From: Candidatus Binataceae bacterium
GTDB taxonomy: Bacteria; Desulfobacterota; Binatia; Binatales; Binataceae
DNA length: 64,000 bases
Direction: 5' to 3'
Assembly: GCA_024281015.1 (NCBI GenBank)
Contig: JAMXLL010000174.1
Span: 1,318 to 65,317, forward strand
Shown here: piece after piece, positions 51,574-60,296 of the stretch
Numbering within the stretch: the stretch's first letter is position 1
How the letters are laid out: each line of letters begins with the position of its first letter
The notes under the pieces: model-generated
What the model was told of the DNA's origin: nothing
Seen by the model: only the letters and a program-made list of their open reading frames with translations
The model's database searches: none
Made by a program: the position numbers and the translations under genes

Positions 51574-52343
51574 TCGTCAAGTGCCGAGTCGAACGCCGCC
51601 TCGACTTGGGCTTGCAGGCGTTCGGTCAACCGTGTCCGGTCAGCGCCCCTCAGCCCGATGGTTGAAACGGGTTCGCCAATCACAACGCGAATTCGACGCC
51701 ACGGCAGGGCGAATTTTGCGCCTCGGGGCATCAATTCCGCAGTGCCGCGAATGGCCATCGGAATGCATGGTAGCTTGGTAGCAATTGCCAGCCATGCGGC
51801 TCCTTCGTTGAACTGATGCACCCGATTGTCGCTAAAGCGATGACCTTCGGCGAACACACAAATACTGTAACCGTGACCAACGGCGGCTAGTGCGCGGCGA
51901 ATTGTCTTACCGCCACTAGCGCGGTCGATAACAATATGCTCCGAGCGCTCCATGATAAACCCGATCAGTGGAACCTTCTTTATCTCGCGCTTGGCGAGGA
52001 AGCGCATCTCGCGCGGAATTAGAAGCAGGACGGCGAGAATATCGAACAGGCTTTGATGGTTCGATACCAGCACGAAAGAACCGATACCCTGCAGGTTTTC
52101 AGCACCGGCGAGTTCGACCGACACACCGCAGGTGCGAAAAATTAGCCACGCCCAAAGTCTGAAGATCGGGCTGCAGAGGTGGCCATCATCGAACAGGCTC
52201 AAAAGCGCGGCAGGCCAGACCAGAATAGCAGTATAGACCACCGCCAGTGCAGTCGCGGTTATCCCCCAGAGATAATGGATTATGCCGAACGTGCTGAGGG
52301 CGCGCCGTCGTTCATCCTGGCGTTCCATACTGGCTGGACGCAT
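51570..52343 (-). CDS. plsC: 1-acyl-sn-glycerol-3-phosphate acyltransferase
   Basis: H(X)4D motif VSNHQSLFD, FAEGHR, and N-terminal TM segments. Confidence 0.85.
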   Translation of the reverse strand: MRPASMERQDERRRALSTFGIIHYLWGITATALAVVYTAILVWPAALLSLFDDGHLCSPIFRLWAWLIFRTCGVSVELAGAENLQGIGSFVLVSNHQSLFDILAVLLLIPREMRFLAKREIKKVPLIGFIMERSEHIVIDRASGGKTIRRALAAVGHGYSICVFAEGHRFSDNRVHQFNEGAAWLAIATKLPCIPMAIRGTAELMPRGAKFALPWRRIRVVIGEPVSTIGLRGADRTRLTERLQAQVEAAFDSALDD

Positions 52344-52380
52344 TTTTGGTCGACCGCATCTGGATGGCAGTGCTGAACGC

Positions 52381-53232
52381 CTATCCAGCCTGCCTGATTT
52401 TGTAGGAAGGACTGCTCCCGTGAGCAGCCAATCTGATCCTTTTCAGTAGCGGAAGGGCCAGAGCCAAGATCGCAAGGACCAGCAAAATCCCCTGAGCAAT
52501 GAGCGTCTGAATGGTTGGATAGACGCCGAGCATCGGAATTGTAGGCACGCGGCTTAAAAAGGTGGCGCCGATAACGCCGGACTCCTGGAGGCTGGCGATC
52601 CCTTGACCGGCGAACACCACTGCCAGGCCATAAAGCAAAACCGAGGTCACACTAAACACAGGACCGATAGGGATCATCGAAGCAACCTTGCGCAACCCAA
52701 CAAACGCAAGCGCAAGCGCTAACGTGCCAGCAACTAAACCGATGAAGATCGCGTGACGCTCGGCGGCTTCAGTGGCACCGGCAGTCAATGCCTGAAAAAA
52801 GACAATGGTCTCTGCACCCTCCCGCATAACCGCCAGAAACGCAGTAAGACCAAGGGCCAGTGACGGCCCCGTGCTGCGCCGGGCCGCTTCCACCTGCGCC
52901 CCGATGAAATTCTTCCATTGTTTTGCTTGGCCCTTGGCGGTAATCCAGGAACTGACGTAAAACAGTGTCACAACCGCCAGAAGCTGAAACGCCCCTTCGA
53001 GGGTGTCACTGGTATTATCGCCGAGCATCTTCTGAACTGCCCACGCAAGAACAATGCTGCACATCACTGCCAGCAAAGCCCCAATGTAGATATCGCGAGC
53101 GCGGGTTCCACGCCCTGCTTGGCGAACGGCAGCGACCAAGGCGATTATGACCAGCAGGGCCTCCAACCCTTCACGGAACAGAATGCCGGATGAATAAAGA
53201 AAATACGGGATGATGGTAGCTGTTGTAGCCAT
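52381..53232 (-). CDS. FTR1/EfeU-family high-affinity iron permease
   Basis: Two REXXE motifs (FREGLEALL and MREGAETIV) in TM helices, and 7 hydrophobic segments. I prefer ATG 53232 over TTG 53250. Confidence 0.85.
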   Translation of the reverse strand: MATTATIIPYFLYSSGILFREGLEALLVIIALVAAVRQAGRGTRARDIYIGALLAVMCSIVLAWAVQKMLGDNTSDTLEGAFQLLAVVTLFYVSSWITAKGQAKQWKNFIGAQVEAARRSTGPSLALGLTAFLAVMREGAETIVFFQALTAGATEAAERHAIFIGLVAGTLALALAFVGLRKVASMIPIGPVFSVTSVLLYGLAVVFAGQGIASLQESGVIGATFLSRVPTIPMLGVYPTIQTLIAQGILLVLAILALALPLLKRIRLAAHGSSPSYKIRQAG

Positions 53233-53250
53233 GCTGAATTGGCGCGGCAA

Positions 53251-53271
53251 AATTGAGAATGATTCTCAATT
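53251..53271. promoter_or_regulatory. Fur-family operator: perfect 21-bp palindrome AATTGAGAAT-G-ATTCTCAATT
   Basis: The core TGAGAATGATTCTCA (53254-53268) matches the 7-1-7 Fur box TGATAATnATTATCA at 12 of 14 positions. It lies 19 nt upstream of the FTR1 ATG and just downstream of a TTGACA-18-TAGCGT promoter-like pair on the minus strand. Confidence 0.7.
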
Positions 53272-53424
53272 CAGACGCTAGCCCAGCTTATCTGTCATTG
53301 TCAATAAACATCACCTGATCCCCGGGGATGCTTGCCGCTGCCAGGGGTCAAGTGTAACCTCAGGAAGCGGACCGGTTCTCGGCCCGCTCATGTGGCGCAA
53401 GGAGGCCTGCGCTGCTTTTTCATT

Positions 53425-53778
53425 ATGCGTTGCACATATTGCCGGGGCAGAGCTGGAATTCTGCGCACCGTCTGTCATACATGCGCCTCCGTCATCAATA
53501 TCGTCGAACACTCGGCCGGGCGAGTCGGATGGACGGAGCTGATAGATATCTTTGCCGCAAAGGGGCTCAATAAGGCACAAGTTGATAAAGTGCTGGACGC
53601 TGAACTCGACGCCGCCCCCACCCTGCGCGACCGCCTTACCTCACGCATGGCCAACGAATTGATGAAAAGCCTCGGAATGCCGGGGCGGCAATCACCTGAA
53701 GATGTACGCCGGGTGCGCCTTGGGTTAGCGTCAGGCTCTGAAGGAACGTGGTCTGTTGGCGAGAAGCCGCCGCATTAA
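53425..53778 (+). CDS. Hypothetical protein with an N-terminal CxxC...CxxC motif
   Basis: MRCTYCRGRAGILRTVCHTC followed by a helical region. Divergent from the Fur-boxed permease. The start is uncertain (ATG 53425; the ORF is open from 53332). Confidence 0.4.
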   Translation: MRCTYCRGRAGILRTVCHTCASVINIVEHSAGRVGWTELIDIFAAKGLNKAQVDKVLDAELDAAPTLRDRLTSRMANELMKSLGMPGRQSPEDVRRVRLGLASGSEGTWSVGEKPPH

Positions 53779-53969
53779 AACTCAGAAAGATAAATGTCGC
53801 TCGGCCGATTTGGCTGCTGGATTTTCGGCGCAAGTTCTGCCTGAATCAGCGATAACTGGAACGAATTATAGCTGGCGCCTTGAGCGCCCAGCGAAAGCTG
53901 AAAGACAACCAGTCCACACACACCTGCACTCAATATGCAGATCTTATCGCGGGCTGAATGGAGTCACGA

Positions 53970-54860
53970 ATGGGGTTGAACACTCTCGGGATAATTGGCG
54001 CCGGGCAAATGGGCGCCGGTATTGCCCAGGTTGCCGCACAATCGGGACTCAACATCATCCTCAACGACATCTCGCAGGACATGGTTGCGCATGGAAGGCA
54101 GTCCATCGAGCGAAGCCTCGACCGAATGATCCAGCGCGGCCGCGTCAAGCCTGATGAAGGCGATCGTATTCTGCGCCGAATCGAAATCACGAGCGATCTC
54201 GACGGCCTCGCTGCGACCGATTTCGTGATTGAAGCGGTCGTCGAGAACGAAGAGGCCAAGGTCGAGCTCTTTCAAAAGCTCGACCGCATTTGCCCGCCGG
54301 AGGTGATTTTCGCGTCGAATACCTCGTCGATCTCGATTACCCGCATGGGTGCACGAACCAGCCGTGCTGATCGTTTTATCGGCATGCACTTTATGAATCC
54401 GGTTCCCGCGATGCGGCTGGTAGAGATCATTCGCGGCCTGGCCACCTCCCCCGAAACTTACGATGCCACCCGCCAGCTTGCAGAGCGCTTGGGTAAGGAG
54501 ACAATGACAGCTGAGGACTTCCCCGGCTTCATTGTCAACCGCATTTTGCTGCCGATGTTGAATGAGGCAATTTACACACTCTACGAAGGTGTCGGCGGAG
54601 TCAGTGATATCGACACCGCGATGAGGCTGGGCACCAATCAGCCGATGGGGCCGCTGGAACTAGCGGACCTCATCGGGCTAGACACTTGCCTGGCTATTAT
54701 GGAGGTCATGCATCGCGTCTTCGGCGACGATAAATACCGCCCATGCCCATTGCTGAAAAAGTACGTGGACGCGGGATACCTGGGGCGTAAAGTCGGCCGC
54801 GGCTTTTACAAGTACGACGCTCAGGGAACCCCGATACCGCCCCCAGCCGCTGCTAGATAG
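53970..54860 (+). CDS. hbd: 3-hydroxyacyl/3-hydroxybutyryl-CoA dehydrogenase
   Basis: NAD fold LGIIGAGQMGAGIAQ, FASNTSS, HFMNPVP, PGFIVNRIL. Confidence 0.9.
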   Translation: MGLNTLGIIGAGQMGAGIAQVAAQSGLNIILNDISQDMVAHGRQSIERSLDRMIQRGRVKPDEGDRILRRIEITSDLDGLAATDFVIEAVVENEEAKVELFQKLDRICPPEVIFASNTSSISITRMGARTSRADRFIGMHFMNPVPAMRLVEIIRGLATSPETYDATRQLAERLGKETMTAEDFPGFIVNRILLPMLNEAIYTLYEGVGGVSDIDTAMRLGTNQPMGPLELADLIGLDTCLAIMEVMHRVFGDDKYRPCPLLKKYVDAGYLGRKVGRGFYKYDAQGTPIPPPAAAR

Positions 54861-54949
54861 AAGCAGCGCCTTGGGCAGCGCCCAGAGTTGAGGAATCGGA
54901 TCGAGCGTTGCATTTTCTGGCCCGACACGCTCGTTAAAATTCATGGAGT

Positions 54950-55189
54950 ATGGCGATGCCGGTAAAGGCCTTCATCCTCATCGACACGTCGCCGGGTAAA
55001 GCTCGTGAAGTGGCTCAGAAGCTGCGGCAGGTGCAGGGCGTCTCGGCTGCTCATGCTGTCACCGGCCCTCACGATATAATCGCGATAGCGGAAGCAAGGG
55101 ATGTTTCCTCACTCGGCGAATTGGTGGTGCAGAAGATTCAGAGCATCGTGGGTGTTAGCCGCAGCCTCACTTCGATTGTAGCGGATTAA
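54950..55189 (+). CDS. Stand-alone Lrp/AsnC ligand-binding (RAM) domain protein
   Basis: 79 aa. AFILI......A.EVAQKL....GV..AH.VTG.HDII matches an AsnC_trans_reg domain with no HTH. Confidence 0.6.
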   Translation: MAMPVKAFILIDTSPGKAREVAQKLRQVQGVSAAHAVTGPHDIIAIAEARDVSSLGELVVQKIQSIVGVSRSLTSIVAD

Positions 55190-55371
55190 GCGCCAGGACG
55201 CGGCATGTCAGCAAAACACACCGCGAGCAGTAAACTGGAGCTGGTGCGCCCCGGACTGACGAAGGTGATAAGTGGACGAGCGTGCCTGGAAATCCAGTTT
55301 GCGCCGACGCTTGTCCCGGTAAGCCACCGAGCGCTAACTAATAATCGTGTTCTGGTAGGAAGTAGAAATCC

Positions 55372-55872
55372 ATGGCTGAGCTACCCGTAGTCACGCGGCT
55401 GCGTAGAGAGATGGACTCACTCAAGCGCGAATTGACCGTCGACTTGCCCAAGGAATTGGAAAGGGCCCGCGCCCATGGCGACCTTTCGGAAAATGCGGAA
55501 TGGGCGATGGCAAAGCAACGCCAGGAGTTCCTGCGTATACGGCTGTCCAATCTGGAGGCGCGCATCGCCGAATTGTCGATGATCAACTTGGAATCAATTC
55601 CCCGCGACACCGTGGGGCTGGGCAGCAAGGTCGAACTGGAAGACCTCGACGAAGGCGGGCATGCTGAGTACGAGATAGTAGTGCCTGAGGAGGTCGACGG
55701 CGCACAAAACAAGATCTCACTGTCGTCGCCACTAGGCCGTTCCTTGATCGGAAAGTCGTGCGACGATGAGATCGAAGTGCAAACACCGCGGGGCAGACGC
55801 TCCTACCTGGTCCGCCGCTTAGTGACTCTGCATGAGCTTATTGCTAACGAAAACGGGCGGCACCAGAGCTGA
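55372..55872 (+). CDS. greA: Transcription elongation factor GreA
   Basis: Coiled-coil tip motif HGDLSENAEW and C-terminal globular domain (VGLGS.V.L.D.....EY.IV...E.D.....IS..SPLG..L.GK). Confidence 0.85.
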   Translation: MAELPVVTRLRREMDSLKRELTVDLPKELERARAHGDLSENAEWAMAKQRQEFLRIRLSNLEARIAELSMINLESIPRDTVGLGSKVELEDLDEGGHAEYEIVVPEEVDGAQNKISLSSPLGRSLIGKSCDDEIEVQTPRGRRSYLVRRLVTLHELIANENGRHQS

Positions 55873-56122
55873 TTCGTGCTCATTCTGCTCAGTCGGTTCT
55901 CGCCCAAGATTCAACGATCCGATGACCTGGCGTTAGCGCCAGCGGAGTAATGGCGGACGCTCACAGATATCCGGCTTTTGGCGGCGGCAGGTTCTACAGC
56001 GGGCGCTTAGCACGCACGCCGATTTGATAAGGGCTCTTGGAGCGACTAAATCAGTATCCAACGCTCTCCAGCTCGAGTTATATGGCGGAGTGAACCATAT
56101 GCCGTCCACATTCGGAGGCGCA

Positions 56123-56587
56123 ATGGCAAATCCCAATGAAGAAGTAGACGTAAATCGGTTGATTACCGACCCGCACGCCATAGATGAACTAAATCAGGAG
56201 GTTATTCGTGAATTCCGCGCGAATCAGGGCAAAGTCAGCGGGCCGATGGAGGGCATGCCGATTCTCTTGCTGACCATGACCGGCGCCAAGAGCGGCCGTA
56301 CCTTGACGCGTCCGCTTTGCTACTCGCGCGACGGCGATCGCCTCGTGATCATTGCCTCTTATGGAGGTGCTCCCCGCAATCCTCCTTGGTACCACAACCT
56401 GATCGCCAACCCACTGGTGACTGTTGAGGTTGGCACTGAGAAGTTCAAGGCGCGTGCCGCCGAAAGCTCGGGCGCGGAGCGCCAGCGCCTCTTCGAGGCG
56501 CAGGCCCGCTTGATGCCGTTCTTCAATGACTATCAGCAGAAGACCAGGCGCCAGATTCCGGTGCTTACACTCACGCGGGTTGCATAA
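56123..56587 (+). CDS. Deazaflavin (F420H2)-dependent nitroreductase family protein (DUF385/Ddn-like)
   Basis: ILLLTMTGAKSGRTLTRPLCY..DGDRLVIIASYGGAPRNPPWYHNL.ANP.V.VEVG. ATG 56123 lies 5 nt after GGAGG. Confidence 0.8.
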   Translation: MANPNEEVDVNRLITDPHAIDELNQEVIREFRANQGKVSGPMEGMPILLLTMTGAKSGRTLTRPLCYSRDGDRLVIIASYGGAPRNPPWYHNLIANPLVTVEVGTEKFKARAAESSGAERQRLFEAQARLMPFFNDYQQKTRRQIPVLTLTRVA

Positions 56588-56592
56588 GGAGT

Positions 56593-57489
56593 ATGAGCAC
56601 GTCGAGGGAGCGGGCTCTTGGCCGCAACGATCTGATCGCTAGCTCCTACACTCTATCAGGCGCACCGGTATTCGAACTCCCGCGGTTTTCGTTGGCCCAA
56701 CGAGCGGCCGCGGCAGCCAAAGCCGGCTTCGCTGCAATCGGCATAGCGATCGAAGACTACGCCGCGTGCCGTGAGCGCGGAATGTCGGGCACCGAAATGC
56801 GAAGTATCCTCGATGATAATGGCGTTCGAGTTGCGGAGCTGGAATTTTTGCAAGACTGGTGGCACGACGATGAACGGGGCCGCCGCTCCCGGGCCAACGA
56901 GGATTTATTCTACGCCGCGGCTGACGTTTTCGGCTCGCGCCACATGAACGTCGGCTGCGCCGGCCCGCGCGGCAGCTTGCCCGCGTTGGAGACGGTAGCG
57001 GAGCATTTTGCGGCGCTCTGCGATCGTGCCGCCGGTCACGGCCTGCTCGTAGCATTCGAATTTCTGCCCTGGTCTGATGTGCCTGACGCTGAGGCGGCTT
57101 GGGGCCTGGTGCGCCTGGCCAATCGCAAAAACGGCGGCATTCTGATTGATACCTGGCATTACTTCCGCGGCGCCGCCGACCCCGCGCAAGTTCGGTCTGT
57201 ACCTGCAGAACGGTTCTTCCTGATTCAGTTCGACGACGCTGATGCAGTCCAGGTTGGTGGTTACCTCGAAGACACTACTCAGAGGCGGCGCTTACCGGGG
57301 CAGGGGTCATTCGACTTGATCGGATTTCTCCAGATGGTCGACGAAATGGGAGTCAACGCTCCCATTTCAGTCGAGATACTCTCTGACGAACAGCGTACAC
57401 GTACCCTCGACGAAGCCGCGCGGCTGGCTCACGACACAACCCGAGCCTTATTCGACCGGGCGCGCCAGGAAAGACGTCCAACCATTTGA
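56593..57489 (+). CDS. Sugar-phosphate isomerase/epimerase (xylose-isomerase-like TIM barrel)
   Basis: AP_endonuc_2-like pattern: ...GF.AIG...., V.ELEF, FEFLPWS, IDTWHY, SVEILS. Confidence 0.65.
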   Translation: MSTSRERALGRNDLIASSYTLSGAPVFELPRFSLAQRAAAAAKAGFAAIGIAIEDYAACRERGMSGTEMRSILDDNGVRVAELEFLQDWWHDDERGRRSRANEDLFYAAADVFGSRHMNVGCAGPRGSLPALETVAEHFAALCDRAAGHGLLVAFEFLPWSDVPDAEAAWGLVRLANRKNGGILIDTWHYFRGAADPAQVRSVPAERFFLIQFDDADAVQVGGYLEDTTQRRRLPGQGSFDLIGFLQMVDEMGVNAPISVEILSDEQRTRTLDEAARLAHDTTRALFDRARQERRPTI

Positions 57490-57641
57490 GATCCGCCTCA
57501 CATCTTCGCCAACGCTGTCAATTTTGATTAGCAGCGATCTTGCTCTGCGCCCCAGCGATTGAACGATGTCTCGCGTCATTCATGACTCCAACCACCGCAA
57601 TGCACCGGGCTGCCGCCATGCGCAGGGTGAACTTTAATGGG

Positions 57642-58841
57642 CTACTCAGGGCGGATTGGATAGAGCTTCAATGCATTCTCCCACATGATCTTGCGCTTGC
57701 TCTCGGCAGAAACACCTGGCAGTTCGAGTAATTCCTTTACCGCTGTTACATACCGCCGCCCCTCAGGGTGACCAAAATCGGTCGCTGTCACGATGTTGTT
57801 ATCGCCTATAACATCAATCACCTGCTTGATTCCCGGATCGTCCTGGTCCGCTGAGATGTAACATTGGCGTTGAAAATACTCGATGGGCGCCAGCTTCAGG
57901 CCGGGAATCTCCAAGCCGCGAAATCCACCCTGGACACTAGCCGCCAGCCGATCCAGCCAGAACGCGACCCAGCCCGCCCCTGACTCGAGGTGAACGACCC
58001 GCAATGTCGGATGCCGTTCCAGGACACCGCCCATGATGAGGGCCGCGCAGGCCAGCATGTTACCAATAGTAAAAGCGACTGTGGTCTGCGCCGTGCGCAA
58101 ACCCGGAAGGTAATGGTAGAGCATCTCATCCGCCGCGGTTCCAGTGCCGGTATGAATCGCGAGCGGCACGTCCAACTCCTCCAGTTCATTCCAGAGCGGC
58201 TCGTAAAAGCTATCGTAGAGGCGATGACTGCCCACTGGTACCGGATTGATATGCACAGCCTTGAAGCCGAACTCCTTAACACAGCGGCGGGCCTCACGCG
58301 CCGCCTCAACGGCGTCTCGCAGATCGACCGACGCAGCGCCGAAGACGCGCCCGCCGGCGTCACAACAAAAATCATGCAACCAGTTATTGTAGGCTCGTCG
58401 ATAAGCCGCGGCGCTATCGGCGGCCAGGTTCGGGACGGCAGTTGTCAGTAGGCCGGTGGTCGGATAGACGACCATGTAATCGATCCCCGTCCTCGCCATA
58501 GCTTGGCTGTAAGTCGCGGGAGCAAAACCTGCTCGCGCAAACTCCGCGTAGGCCTCATCGTGGCCTGGAAGTGCGACACGTTCGCCGTCGTCAAATGCGA
58601 TGCCGCCAAAGCGTGCACGCCGCTCCTCATTCAAGGGGTCGCGCCCAAACGGCATCTTGTATTCTCCGCCGTCTGCCGCCGGAATCGCGAGTCGAAAGCC
58701 GAAGGCAAGCGGTTCGCCGGCATAACCCGACCACGCAACAGGCGGCCGGGAGCGAAACGCAGGGTCGAGATACCTGTCGAACATGTCGGGCGGTTCCAGG
58801 ACATGCGCGTCACTATCGATCAATCTCCAACGGCCAGCCAT
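57642..58841 (-). CDS. Amidohydrolase-2 family protein (ACMSD-like metal-dependent hydrolase/decarboxylase)
   Basis: N-terminal IDSDAHVLEP, internal HTGTG, C-terminal TDFGHPEG. Confidence 0.75.
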   Translation of the reverse strand: MAGRWRLIDSDAHVLEPPDMFDRYLDPAFRSRPPVAWSGYAGEPLAFGFRLAIPAADGGEYKMPFGRDPLNEERRARFGGIAFDDGERVALPGHDEAYAEFARAGFAPATYSQAMARTGIDYMVVYPTTGLLTTAVPNLAADSAAAYRRAYNNWLHDFCCDAGGRVFGAASVDLRDAVEAAREARRCVKEFGFKAVHINPVPVGSHRLYDSFYEPLWNELEELDVPLAIHTGTGTAADEMLYHYLPGLRTAQTTVAFTIGNMLACAALIMGGVLERHPTLRVVHLESGAGWVAFWLDRLAASVQGGFRGLEIPGLKLAPIEYFQRQCYISADQDDPGIKQVIDVIGDNNIVTATDFGHPEGRRYVTAVKELLELPGVSAESKRKIMWENALKLYPIRPE

Positions 58842-59141
58842 TTAGGGCTCCTTTGACCGAGCGAAGCTCGGCAGGAATTCTCGGACATTGCTCACATCAG
58901 AAGTTCTTTGTATCGCAATTATCTGGCAGCCCCAAATGCCCTGGCGGCAGGGCCGTCTCGCTCATGGTCTCCTCGCCCTTCCAGTCGCCACGCGCGGATC
59001 GAACAGGACTGCGGCACAAAGGACTTGCCGATTTTGGTTACCGATCCCCATCAGGCCGGCACACGAGGAAGGCCGAGCGCGAAGCGCGCTGGTGCCTCTG
59101 CGAGCTGCGTTACAAATGGTTCAGGAAAAGGTGAAAAGCCC

Positions 59142-60080
59142 ATGAACGATCGCCGACTACCGCTCACTTCAAGCCCGCCTCTCTGTCACACCTATTCGAT
59201 CGTCGCCCGCGATCCCGCGACGGGCCAACTCGGCGTCGCTGTGCAATCACATTATTTCTGCGTTGGAGCAATCGTCCCCTGGGCCGAGGCCGGGGTTGGC
59301 GCCGTCGCAACCCAGGCCACGACCGATCCGAGGTATGGTCCGCGCGGGCTTGATCTCATGCGCGCCGGCAAATCAGCGCACGAAGCACTGGAAAAGCTCA
59401 TTGAGGCCGACCAGGGACGTGATGTGCGCCAGGTGGCAATGGTCGACTATAAGGGCGATGTCGCGGCACACACGGGGGCCTTTACCATTCCAGAAGCGGG
59501 CCACATCGTGGGGGATGGTTTTTGCGTGCAAGCCAACATGATGTTGCGGTGCAGCGTATGGGCGGCGATGGCCAACGCTTATCGTGCGACCGGCGGCGAC
59601 CTGGTCGATGGTTTATTGGCAGCGCTCGATGCTGCCGAGGCAGAGGGTGGCGACATCCGCGGGCGCCAATCGGCTGCCCTGCTGGTTGTCGCAGCCAAGA
59701 CATCTGGGGAGCCTTGGTCCGAGAGGCTTTACGACCTCCGGGTTGACGATGCGCATGAACCGCTGGTGGAACTCCGGCGGCTGGTCGGAATCAGTCGGGC
59801 GTATCATCATCTCCGGCGTGCCCAGGCGGCCTTAGGGCATGGCGATTTGACTGCGATGAACGATGAGTTCGAACGTGCGGTGACTCTAATCGGCGATAAT
59901 CCGGAAGTGCGATTTTGGCAGGCGATAGCCTTCATGCAATTGGGGCGGAGCGAAGAAGGACTGCGGATTCTCGGTGAAATTGCCGCTGTTGATGTCAACT
60001 GGCGCGAACTGGCGTTGCGGTTGCCCGAATTCATGTTGCGCAAGAGGGAGGGGCTGTTCGAACGTATACGCAATCTCTAG
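59142..60080 (+). CDS. DUF1028 (Ntn-hydrolase-like) protein with a helical C-terminal extension
   Basis: TYSIVARDPATGQLGVAVQSHYFCVG is the family's N-terminal signature. ATG 59142 was chosen because the upstream part of the ORF is Arg/Pro-rich with no motif. Confidence 0.7.
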   Translation: MNDRRLPLTSSPPLCHTYSIVARDPATGQLGVAVQSHYFCVGAIVPWAEAGVGAVATQATTDPRYGPRGLDLMRAGKSAHEALEKLIEADQGRDVRQVAMVDYKGDVAAHTGAFTIPEAGHIVGDGFCVQANMMLRCSVWAAMANAYRATGGDLVDGLLAALDAAEAEGGDIRGRQSAALLVVAAKTSGEPWSERLYDLRVDDAHEPLVELRRLVGISRAYHHLRRAQAALGHGDLTAMNDEFERAVTLIGDNPEVRFWQAIAFMQLGRSEEGLRILGEIAAVDVNWRELALRLPEFMLRKREGLFERIRNL

Positions 60081-60296
60081 CGTAGGCTAGTGTCACCCCC
60101 GTAAATAGTTAAACAACAGCGTCCGGCCTTGTCACTTCGACCACAGCGAGCAACGCGAGCGCAGTGGAAGAATCTTGGACAGTTTCACGTCAGTGAAACC
60201 GGTACCGGACTCCCGGGTCCGCGCTGTCCTCATTTTTTTGTAGAGGTATTTGCGGGATCCATAACAGCAGTTAACTAATGGCCGGGAGGTGCAGTT

